NCBI RefSeq assembly: GCF_000315625.1
Contig: NW_005434564.1
Span: 169,849 to 233,848 of the forward strand
Direction: 5' to 3'
Origin: Guillardia theta CCMP2712
Lineage: Eukaryota; Protista; Cryptophyta
DNA: 64,000 nt
This document shows positions 53,452 to 63,880 of this stretch, piece by piece. Position numbers and translations under genes: made by a program. Numbering within the stretch: the first letter of the stretch is position 1; each line of letters opens with the position of its first letter. The notes under the pieces are model-generated. The model had not been told where the DNA came from. It searched no databases and saw nothing but the letters and a program-made list of their open reading frames with translations.

Positions 53452-54920
53452 TCAACCTGGGGAGGGCCCGACTTTGGGAAAGATGTCTCTGGGGGACATT
53501 AGCGTGCTCTCCTCCGGCCCTCCCGACTGGGCCGCCGCAGGCTGCTTGTTAAAGTTCTGCAGCATGCTGACCTGCTTGCGCATGCTCTCCGGCAGTACCG
53601 ACATCTGAATTGAAGTGGTCAGAAGCGCATGGGAAAGACAGAGGGAGAGAATGAAGGAGTAGAGGGGAAGGGGACGGGGACTGCAGGGCACAAGCCCTGC
53701 AGGGAGGAAGGGAGAGCGATAGCAAGGGCTTACCTGTTCCTGTGACATGTTCATCATGGCACTGAACTGTGACCGCTGCTCCATCGACATGTTGGACATC
53801 ATCTGCGGGGGAGGTCATGGGCAAGGCTGCTGGCAGAGGTTCAAGTACCTTGGCAAACACGCTGCCTCCCGGTGTGGTCATGGCAGGCGTCGCTGGCTCG
53901 ATGCTGTTGAGGAGGGAGGACGAGGGTCGGACGTCATGAATCGCCTCCGGAGGTCTGTAACCGTCTCGTCAACGAGCAACGGACATCAAACGCGTCAGAG
54001 CACCTCATGCCCGAGGCAGTAGAAGGTGACGGATCTTGATTTGTGTTGAAGCTGAAAGATGCTTCGACGTCTCGCTTGTCCTCTGAGCCGTCTTGTTTGA
54101 AGGCTCGTTTCAAGAAGGGGAGACCGAAGCTGTTCCCGTTGTTCTCCTCCGATCTCGCGGCCCCGATCTCATTCTTCGCTCTTGCTGACGTCCGCGTCTC
54201 ACCCAGCTCACTTCCACTGTCGTTGTCTGACTTCCTGAATGAGGAGAGCGACTTGGACGATTTCATCTTGTCCACGTAGATTTGCATGTTGGGTGCTGCT
54301 GGAGTATCTCCCTGCTCTTCCTGTATTTCTCCAGTCACATCGTTACGTTGATTCCTCGATGTGCTCAAGTTCTCTTCGTCGGATTCATCGCTGTTTGCCG
54401 AATCATTCTTCTTCCTTTTCCAGTCTTGCCTCGACCTGGACCCTCTGCTGTTGGTCGTTTTCCTGATCACATACAGCCAAACCAAGACCACAAGAGCAAG
54501 GTTCACCCAGGGCAAGACTATGTAGTTGAGCAGCTCGACTGACGACTTGTCGCTCTTGCTCGGCACAGCGATGCTCTGTGTAGGGTACGACAAACCCCCG
54601 TTACACTCTAAGTTGAGCCCGTCCAGGCACATGAACAGAGTACTGAGGAGGTCCTTCTTGCAAAGATCGTTGGAAACAGGAGAATAGAAGCAGTCAACGC
54701 AGAGCTTGGTCAGGTTGCTGTACTTCCCTTGGCACTTGGCCGAGCATCGCTTCGTCTTGTCAATGCTGCACGGCAGAGCGGACACTCCACACACCGCTCC
54801 GATCCCCCCGTCGCCATTAAACAGGATGTCCTTGAGCTCGTTGATTGACTGGTCATCGCAGGACAGGGCAGCAGGTAAGATACACAGAAACAGAAGAAGG
54901 AAGATGCGGAGCATGGCCAT
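53452..54920 (-). CDS. Single-pass membrane protein: signal peptide, Cys-rich ectodomain, TM helix, disordered cytosolic tail (3' end uncertain)
   Basis: Signal MLRIFLLLFLCILPAALS; ~10 Cys in the next ~90 aa; TM YIVLPWVNLALVVLVWLYVI followed by RK; downstream exons ..MMNMSQEQ|MSVLPESMRKQ. Confidence 0.65.
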
Positions 54921-56255
54921 ACAGCTACTTGCTCACGATAGAGTCGCCAACGTCCCAGTCCCTGCAGTTCCGAGGAATGATCGCAATGCAGCAGGAAGAT
55001 AGCGAGACAACAGCAAATATCTCCTTATGTCCGTCTATTTCAATCACGAGGATCTTGTTGTCTCCTCCGACCCTCCCTTCTCACAAATTTGTAGCACCGC
55101 ACCCCCGCAAGCTTGAACAAGACGTAAGAGTGTAAAACCCTTCTATTCACCCAGCACACACAGTCCTGTCTCTCCGGTATTCCTCACCTTCTGTACGCCG
55201 AGTCCCTACAAACAAGTTCTCTCTGCCCTAGTCTCGCCTCTCCTCCTCTCCTCTGCCGTCTCCTCTCCTCCTCCCTCCTTCCTCTCTCCCCTTCGCCTCA
55301 TCCATTTCATTCCCCTCTACACCGACAACGGCCCCCACCCCCACCCTGCTAGAAACCCACGGTACCCCTGAATTCCCCCATACATGTACCCCTACATACT
55401 CTCAATACTACCCTACCTTACGGCACTGCGTCCCTCAGCACACCCGGAGAACCACCCCCACCCCCTCCCAGAACACCAGCCGCTTGATGCATGTGAAGAC
55501 TCCAGGGCTCACTACTCCGATCGAGGGGGTGGGGTAGATCGAGTACCACCGGTGTCTGGTCTTCAGTAGTACAGTCATACCCCTTATTTACCCAGAAAAA
55601 ATACCCCTCAGTGAGGTCACCCCTGTACCCCACCCCTGGTCTGAACAGCAACTTGAATCGGAGAGTTCTGTTTTAGGAATCTGCGAGAGAGCGTGCACCG
55701 CGTATGGCGGGAACTTGTTGACTGCGGTAGTGCATGCATGGGAGGAAGCGGGTACGACGAGCCAACATGATGGTTGAAGTCAGACAGGACGAGCAGATGA
55801 TCAGCTTCGTCTCGTTCACAATGTGAAGGAGAACTGAGATGTTCAGCCAAATTTTGAGTGATTCCGAGGAGAAAATCTCAAGTGGACAGAGAATCTGGAG
55901 CAAGAAAGCCGTGAAGGTAGTGGTAGGCATGAGGAGAAAATTGAACAAGCAGCTATCCAAGGATCTTTGCTTGTTCTCCCTCCAGCCGTCAGCTGCTCTT
56001 CCTCCTCATACTGACTCCCTCTCCCTCCAGGCTCCTCGTTCTCGTCCTCGTCCAATCCCCTCCACCTCTTCCTTCCTCATACACATGACTGAGTGATGGG
56101 ACTGTGAGCTTGAGAGTGGAGTTTTTCCAGCACTCACTCTCACTAGTTTGAATCCCCAATGACCATCAGTAACACGAGAACGATTCTTCCAAGTTTGCCT
56201 GCGAAGTCACTACGACTCGCGCCTAAGGCGCTTGCTTCCTTCACCTGCATTCACA

Positions 56256-56700
56256 GTGCTGATCTCTGGCACTCTTCCGCGACTCGATCTCTGTCTCTCT
56301 TTGCCCGACCGCTCGCCCACCTCCGCTGACACCTGCCTCCTCCTCCCTTCCCTCCTCCTACCCGCTTCCTTGCGCTCGCACTCCTTCCGCCAAAACACCG
56401 CCTCGTACTTGGCTTTTGTCAGCGTCCTGTCGTACACGCCGAGCCCGAAGCCTTGACGCACAGAGAACATGTCCTCCGCCACGTCCTGCTGGTTTGTCTG
56501 CGTCAAGTAGTCCTTCACGGCTCGTCGACACTCCCCAAACTCATGGTAGTCATCGAAGTAGATGTAGCCCCCGCACTCCAGCCTAGAATACAAGAACTGA
56601 ACGCACTCGAACGTCGACGAGTACATGTCACCGTCGCACTTGACGTAGCTCAAGCTCACGTTCTCGTCGCGCAGCCGAGGCAGAGTAGCTTGAAACTCTC
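56256..56700 (-). pseudogene. Inverted, 5'-truncated duplicate of the TylF gene 3' part (51922-52366)
   Basis: ~445 bp reverse-complement match with about six substitutions counted by eye, including stop TAG>GAG, which extends the frame to 56210. Confidence 0.9.
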
Positions 56701-56724
56701 GGCAGCAGCCGCCTCGGATCAGAG

Positions 56725-56890
56725 CCGTCCCTACCCCAGCTGTCCCTACTCCAGCTGTCCCTACTCTACCCCAGCTGTTCCTACTCCAGCCGTTTTACCG
56801 TCCCTACCCCAGCTGTTCCTACTCTAGCCGTTTTACCGTCCCTACCCCAGCTGTTCCTACTCCAGCCGTTTTACCGTCCCTACCCCAGCC
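56725..56890 (+). repeat. Minisatellite with a 38-bp unit CCCTACCCCAGCTGTTCCTACTCCAGCCGTTTTACCGT (~3 copies plus 15-bp subunits)
   Basis: Direct tandem copies lie beside the duplication breakpoint. Confidence 0.9.
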
Positions 56891-57134
56891 ATCCCTTGTC
56901 AGTGTACTGAAGTCTCTCTCACTGTGAGCTTTGCGGCCGCAACGATGCTGATGCCTTCTCTTATGAGCTCGTTCGACATTCTTCAGACCTGCCCTGAGAG
57001 TTGTTCGCAGACTTTTTATTTCAACTTAAAAAATAGACCAGACTCACACCCAATACCTCCAGTGCGCTGTGCGCCCGTGCGTCCTTCCTGCTCCCCCCCG
57101 CCCTTCCTCGCTCATGCCCTCTTGGTCTCATCCG

Positions 57135-58233
57135 TCATCTCCACCCCATCTCCTCCTCCTCACTCCCGCCTATGATCTTCTCCCACCCTGAGTCCTCCTC
57201 CCGCATCTGCGAGATGCAAAGCCCCCACGTCTCCTCCTGCTCCTCCTCCTGGCCCGCAAAGTCTCCTTGCCAACTCGCCCACCGGTCTTGCCTACAACGC
57301 CCAGCTGTGTCCTCCTCTTCCTCTCCGTGTATCATCACCTCCGCTCCCTCCAGCCATCCCCCGACCCCTCCGACGTCAAGCCATCCTTGGTCTGCGCGAT
57401 CAGCCTCCAAGCTCAGCTCCTCTCCTTGGCTCCTGCCGTATGTCCCTCGCTCTGAGCGCTCAGGCAGCTCCACGCCATCAACCCACGCCGGACCCTCTCC
57501 CGGCATGTCCATCTCGATCTCGGACCATGTCGGCGAGTATGGCGTCGCATCATGCGGCGACGAGTATCGGTCAGTCTCGGAGCCTCCCGACCCGTCGGCT
57601 GGGACCTGCAGCCTGCTGCGTCGCCCCTTCTGGCGCACCCGACGCGGTGCCTTGCTCCAGTTGGTTGTCATCTCCGCCCACACACCGTACCTCTCCCGGC
57701 AGCACTGCTCCAGCGCCTCCAGGCTCACGTCCGCCCCGAGCCTCCACGCGAGCTGGCGGAGCTTGAGCCAGGCCTGCCGGAGCTCCTGGAGCTCGTGGGG
57801 GTCGTCGGGGTTGATCCAGCGGCGGTTGGAGAAGAAGTAGCGCGCGCTGCTGCTCCTCGAGAAGTCCGTCGCCTCCACGTCATCGGGGAGGATGCAGCGG
57901 TCGCGGATCTTGGGGAAGCCGTTGTGCTCGAGGACCTTGTTGAACTCCACCTCGCTCACCCCGTGCCCTCCCATGACTTGGCTCTGGCAGCGGACGGCGG
58001 CCGGGATGCAGTCGCGGAGGCCGTCGTACATGGAGAGGCGGCCCTTGCGGGGGATGAAGAGGTGGCTGAGGGAGGCAGGGACGGCTCGGGAAACCTGGGG
58101 CAGACAGGAGTCAGGCAGGAGGAGGAGAAGGAGGGAGAGAGCAAGGCAGAGAGGGAGGGAGGGAGGGAGGTACCGCTTGGGCGAAGGCGAGGGCGACGGC
58201 CTTGGAGGCGGGGGAGGCAGAGGGCCGGACCAT
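57135..58233 (-). CDS. Hypothetical protein with an RFX/D5-like winged-helix region and an acidic tail (2 exons; start uncertain)
   Basis: High-GC3 ORF; MVRPSASP..AFAQA|VSRAVPASLSHLFIP..MYDGLRD..VSEVEFNKVLEHNGFPKIRDR..ARYFFSNRRW. Confidence 0.55.
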
Positions 58234-58315
58234 GTCGAGGATGCCCTTGGGGTAACAGGCCAGCAACTTGAAGCGGCGGCGAGGATACACGAGGCAGGGT
58301 AGTAAAGCGAGGACG

Positions 58316-58498
58316 CCGAAAGGATGTGAGAAGGCAGCGATTGATTTTTCCAGGAGTAACGTGACAGCTTGCGGGTTGACCATTTTTTTTTTTGGCAGAA
58401 CCTGAATGCCGAATGGAGCGATTACAGCCCTTTCCGAGAGTATTCAGCGGTCACGTTACTCCTGGAGAAGCAATCGCTGCGTTCACACATCCTTTCGG
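58316..58498. ncRNA. Long imperfect inverted repeat; candidate structured RNA hairpin (~54-nt arms)
   Basis: 58316-58369 is the reverse complement of 58446-58498 apart from a few mismatches. A perfect 17-bp core pairs 58349-58365 with 58450-58466. The repeat is certain; RNA status is inferred. Confidence 0.45.
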
Positions 58499-58799
58499 GT
58501 ATCAACTTCTACCAGGGCACCAAGTTTGAGTAAAGAACACCTTTTTTTAGCATAGCGCCTACTGTTGACTAGTCAGTTGCTTCAAGTTTCAATGCCGGGG
58601 GCTACTACCGTAAACTTAACTTATTTAAGTAGGCCCTAGCAGCCGCTAGTAGGCGAGTTTATTAGGAGGCTATTTTGGGGTGCCTAATAGCCTCCTAACT
58701 TGAACTTTCAGACCGGACGGTCGTCCAGTAGGCGAGTCTCCGAAGGCTCGCGGCCGTTTTTTAACAATTGAGTAAACGCACATAATAATAATTGAGGCG

Positions 58800-58827
58800 T
58801 ACTGATTTTCAACTTAACTTTGAGTAA
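58800..58827 (+). repeat. Dispersed 28-nt motif (copy)
   Basis: TACTGATTTTCAACTTAACTTTGAGTAA, followed by TGCGTCTCATT as at ~44609. Confidence 0.9.
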
Positions 58828-59910
58828 GTGATGAATTCTGCAGTGCCTTGCGTCTCATTGGCTGAGCCTTCAAGAGTACTACGGTAAAAGTCTGTACACT
58901 GATGACTGCGGCCCGGGATGTGACAGCACTGTCGGAGGGCCACCGGGTGACGCCGGCTCAGCCAAGTGCCGATGGCCGGGCATCATGGCATGATGCCACG
59001 GATTGCCGGGCCGGCCCGGGGCCTTCTGACTTGAAAGTCCCGGACTGACTCCCCGTCACACTGGCAGGCTCAACTTGAGAACGAGTCACTTGGCACCTGA
59101 CGGCAGTGGCGTGACCGTCAGCCTGCATACTACTGCGGCCGCCAGGCCCGGCGCCGGATCGGATCCGACCGTACGGACACTCCGAGTGTGGCACGCCGCG
59201 CCGGGCCCCGCGGGCCGGGCGGCAGTGCCGGGCCCGGGCCCGCCGCAAGTACGGTCAGGACTCCGGGCGGCCCCCGGCCCGGCGTGACGGTCACGGTGAC
59301 CGTCCGGCGGACCGTTGGGGCCGCCGGGCCGTGCAGGCGCCGCCGGCCCGGCGCCGCCCGGCGAGTCCGGTGAACTTGAACCCAGGCCCCGGGGACTGTC
59401 ACACTGCCTGTCACTCAGCAGCCGACGGTCGGACCGTACCGCCGGCCCGTACCGATGCCGGTCCGAGCCGGACTCAGTGGCAGGACTCCGGGCCGCCGGA
59501 ATAGTGACGGCGGTACGGTACGGTACGGTACGGTACCGCATGGTACCGGGTGACCGTCACCGTGCACTGCGGCGGCACGTAGTAGTAGGCGGAGAGTCTC
59601 TCTCACCGTGGCACCGCCGCCGCAGTGGGCCGACGCCGACTCCGAGTCAGTCGTGCGGCCAGCTTTGGTAACCCACATCCCCTCACTGACCATATGAACC
59701 CTCCATCTATTTCCGGGGCCTTTTACGGTGAAGCAGCGATCATGGCAGGTGAGCGACATAGGAAGATGGGAGATGAAGGGGAGGGAAGGAGATGAATGGG
59801 AGGGAAGGAGATGGAATGGGAGGGAAGGGGAAGGAGGAGTGGAAGGGGGAGGGGAAGGAGAGTGGAAGGGGAGGGGGAAGGAGGAGTGGAAGGGGAGGGG
59901 AAGGAGGAGT

Positions 59911-60265
59911 NNNNNNNNNNNNNNNNNNNNNNNNNNNNNNNNNNNNNNNNNNNNNNNNNNNNNNNNNNNNNNNNNNNNNNNNNNNNNNNNNNNNNNNNNN
60001 NNNNNNNNNNNNNNNNNNNNNNNNNNNNNNNNNNNNNNNNNNNNNNNNNNNNNNNNNNNNNNNNNNNNNNNNNNNNNNNNNNNNNNNNNNNNNNNNNNNN
60101 NNNNNNNNNNNNNNNNNNNNNNNNNNNNNNNNNNNNNNNNNNNNNNNNNNNNNNNNNNNNNNNNNNNNNNNNNNNNNNNNNNNNNNNNNNNNNNNNNNNN
60201 NNNNNNNNNNNNNNNNNNNNNNNNNNNNNNNNNNNNNNNNNNNNNNNNNNNNNNNNNNNNNNNNN
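59911..60265. other. Assembly gap (355 N)
   Basis: N run. Confidence 0.99.
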
Positions 60266-60371
60266 GAGGGACAAGAGAGACAATCGTCTGCTGAGCGAAC
60301 GTTTCTCTTTCCCCCTTGTTTCTGTTTTGTTCATTCCACCCATTTTCATTCTCCTGACTGTATCTTCTCAG

Positions 60372-61719
60372 GGCAAGAGAGGTTGCAGAGGGTTGCGACG
60401 ATCTTTGCGTCTTTCGTCATCTGTGTTGGAATTCTGGCTGTCGTCTACAACCATCCGGTTTGCTCGCCCCTTCGCATCCTCCAAACGCTGACGATCCGTG
60501 GCAGGAAACAAGAAGTAGCTTGCTCGAGCCCTTCGTGGACATCCGTCGAGCTTCGTGGGGTGACGAGCGGCGAACAGTTGCAGACAGAACGAGAATCTTG
60601 CAGGATTTTGCCAGGCTTGAGAGGGATATCAATCCGGGTCATGAACGTGAGAGAAGAGGAGTTGGAGGGAGAGGAGAGGACTACGTTCGTGCAAGGCTGC
60701 ATCCGAGAAGGACAAGCTACGCGCGTGAGGAGGACGGCAGGAGCGAGAGAGCTTTTGGTGAATTCCACAAGAGGAGCTCCCGCACTTCACTGGAGGAGGC
60801 GCTGAAGAGAGTGCTGATGAAGTGGGTGAGAGAAGGAGAGGGAGGAGATGCAAGAGAAGGAAGGCTTCGACATGGTGGCGAGTCTGTAAGAATCACCGCT
60901 CGAGAAGGACGGGAGAGGAGGGAGAGGAAGCGAGAGCAGGAGGAGCGCGGCGAGGAGCGAGAAGGGCAGCAGCTGCTGCAAGCAATCGCTGAAAGGGTTG
61001 GATCATGGAGGACCAGCGCGCCACGCAAGAGGAAGAGCAGCGTGCGAGGATGCTGGTGAGGAGGCAGCGCGAGCAGCGAGATGGAAGCTCGTCAGGAACC
61101 GCCAGCTTGATCGCCGAGCTGCTGCGAGCGTCGAGAAAGGATGCCAGTAGGGAGCCCAGGAGCGAGACCAGGAGGGAGGCCAGGAGGGAGTACCAGGAGA
61201 AGCTTCAGGCCCTCGACCGGCTGTACACGAGGATGAAGGGGCACGTGGATGGGGAGGATTCAAGCCCGGGGAGAACGTCGGCAGGAGCGGCAAGGGAGGA
61301 GGAGAGGAAGGGGAGAGAGCAGGAGGTAGAGAGTAAGGGCCAGATGAACCAGCAGCTGGTGGTCTACCCTTACTCTAAGAGCATGGCGCATGCCTACTCT
61401 CCTCCTCCTCCTCCTCATGCGGCCTCTAGTACAGATCGTACCCAGGACCTCGCGTCCTCCCCTACAGCCCTAACGTGGCCCAAGGCGAACCCCTCCTGGA
61501 TCCCCAAGGGAGCGTACAAGGACAAGACGATCTACGACGCTGATTACAGCTGGCCGAGCGAGGATCAAGTGCTTCAGGTGCTCCTGACTCCTCCTCATCC
61601 TCCTGCTCCTGCTCCTGCTCCTCCTCCTGCTCCTCCTGCTCCTGCTCCTCCTCATCCTCCTGCTCCTCCTCCTCCTCTTGACTCCTCTTCCTGACTTCCT
61701 GCTCCTGCCCTGCTCCTGC

Positions 61720-61752
<33 letters not shown>

Positions 61753-62076
61753 CTTTGACTCCTCTTCACCCCTCCTCCTGACTCCTGACTCCTCCTGGTT
61801 GAGTCCCCATGACTCCTGACCACTCCTCCTGAGTTATCCTGAGTCCTCTTCCGCCTAGCTCTCCCTCCTCCTCCTCTTCCTCCTCCTGACTCTCCCGCTC
61901 CCTCCCGCTTTTCCTCTTCATTGTTGCTCCCTTCCTCTCCTTTTCCTTGTCTGCTCGGGCTATCTGCTCCTTCCTGAGCTCTTTCGTCGTTCTTCCTTCT
62001 CCTTCTCCTGACGGATGACCAGGGGGACGAGTGGAGGAACAAGGCTGACTGCGGCATGTTCGGTGCCAACTGCTGA
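60372..62076 (+). CDS. Hypothetical type II membrane protein, 5' end lost in or before the gap
   Basis: TM exon VATIFASFVICVGILAVVY, Arg/Glu-rich coiled-coil exons, and terminal exon GDEWRNKADCGMFGANC*. Confidence 0.55.
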
Positions 62077-62318
62077 GGAAAGGAGGAGGGTGTTTATGTA
62101 TAACAATGTCTTCTATTCGCTGACTTCTCACCGTACACTTTCCTTCCCGCAACCAACCTCTCTCCTCCTCCTCCTCCCTCTCCTCCTCCCCCTGCTCCAT
62201 CACCATCGTCATCCTTTTCTCCTCCTCTAGTTTACAGCTTTTTTCTCCTCATGTTGCCCTTGTTTGTCTGTTGCTATCGTGTCGTCATCGGCTCCACGAG
62301 TACGTTAACGTCCCTCCC

Positions 62319-63880
62319 TTACTGCGCGTCACTGACCCGCTCGCATCGCTTCCTACCGTCTGCCTCTCCTCCTGCTCCTCCTCCTCCTGCTTCTCCTCCT
62401 CTCCCAGGAAGCTCTTGAACCTGCCCAAGGGGGAGGAGAGTGGAAGGAAAGGAGGCAAAGAATGGTGACAGCAGGATTACGAGAAGAAAGTCAAATAACG
62501 TGAGAGATGTGACGAGACAGTGAGGGGAGAAAAGTAGATGGCGGAGGGCAGGGAAAAGAATATGGCGGTGGAGAGGGAGGAGGAGTGGGAGAGGGAGGAG
62601 GAGTGGGAGAGGGAGAAGGAGGGAGAAGGAGGGAGGGAAGGGTAGAAGAAGGGTTCTAGTACCTTTCTGGCTCCATGAGGAGGAGCAGCGGCCTTCTGGT
62701 TGCCCACCGTGGCTGCTGCTCAGGAAGTGCTCCTGTGCAAATATCATGAAGGATGGAAGGGCGGGGAAGAGATGTACAAAGGGAATGGAGATGAGGGAGA
62801 GGGAGAGGGCGAGGGGAGAGGGAGAGGGGCGAGGGGAGAGGGGAGAGGGGAGAGGGAGAGGGAGAGGGAGAGGGAGAGGGCGAGGGAGAGGGAGAGGGGG
62901 AGCAGCAGCAGTGAGGGTAGCAGGAGCGGCTCTTACCGTCATGCAGCTCACCGCCGGTGAGTCGATTATAGTCAGAGAGCGTCTTCCCCTCTCGCACACA
63001 GACGTCGATGTGCTCGGGTCGGTTGACCTCCTCCACGTTCATCTCCTGCTCCTTGCTGAGCCAACCGATCCTCGAGCCGACCAGAGCGAGAGGCAGGGAG
63101 GGAGAGAGGGAGGGGGAGGGAGGGAGGGAGGGAGAGACAGCAAAGAAGGGGAAGGGAGGGAGAAAGAGAGCAGGAGAGGGGGAGGGGAAGGCGAGGGAGA
63201 AAGAGAGCAGGAGACGGGAGGGGGAAGGCGAGGGGGTTCCAGGATGAAAAGGAGGATGAAGGGGAAGAAACAGAGGTGAAGGTGAGGAGGAGGGGAAGGA
63301 GAAGGGGCAGTAGGAGGGGGAGGGAGACCTGGTGAGTGTATGCCTTGAGCTTGTTTCTTATCGCTTCAACCCCACCAAAGTAGGAGCAGTGCCAACCCGC
63401 AACAGCAGAAAAGACATTGACGTCGCTGATGCGACAAAAATGAGAGGAAAGAGGAGGAGAGGATGGAGCACCAGAGAGAAGGAGAGAAGGAGGATGGGGA
63501 CAAGAGAAGGGAAGGAGAAGGAGGAGAGGAGGAGGAGGAGGAGAATGGGTGGAAGGAAAGACGCAGGAGGAGGGGGAGGAGCTGGAAGACGAGAAGTTTG
63601 GGAAAGTGCAGAAGAGAGTCGATTACCTCCCGTAGCTTCTCAGCTTGGAAGGAGTCATATCATCTGATAAAAGTTGACTTCGAAGAGCTGCCTGCTCGTA
63701 CATATCAGTTCCCGTCCTATACCTGCCACTGATGCTGCTGGTGCTGGTGCTGGTGTTTCTCCTCCTCCTCCTCCTCCTCCTCCTCCTCCTCCTCCTCCTC
63801 CTCCTCCTCCTCATCACCTGTGGATGGTGCCAAACGAAGGGAGTCCCGTTGGGGTGGGTGATTCTCCAACTGACGCTCAA
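62319..63880 (-). CDS. Hypothetical multi-exon protein (3' part; probably continues beyond the window)
   Basis: Complex-sequence exons (LSVSWRITHPNGTPFVWHHPQ; EMNVEEVNRPEHIDVCVREGK..) lie between microsatellite introns with GT/AG ends. Confidence 0.35.

Noticed and set aside
56725-56890. Regular ~38-bp periodicity suggesting a CRISPR array
   Set aside because: The units are contiguous with no unique spacers, no cas genes are present and the context is eukaryotic; it is a minisatellite.
58958-59759. Overlapping Arg/Gly/Pro/Ala-rich ORFs in GC islands (also 6475-6940 and 37182-37490)
   Set aside because: They arise from extreme GC content on both strands, with no domain or splice pattern.
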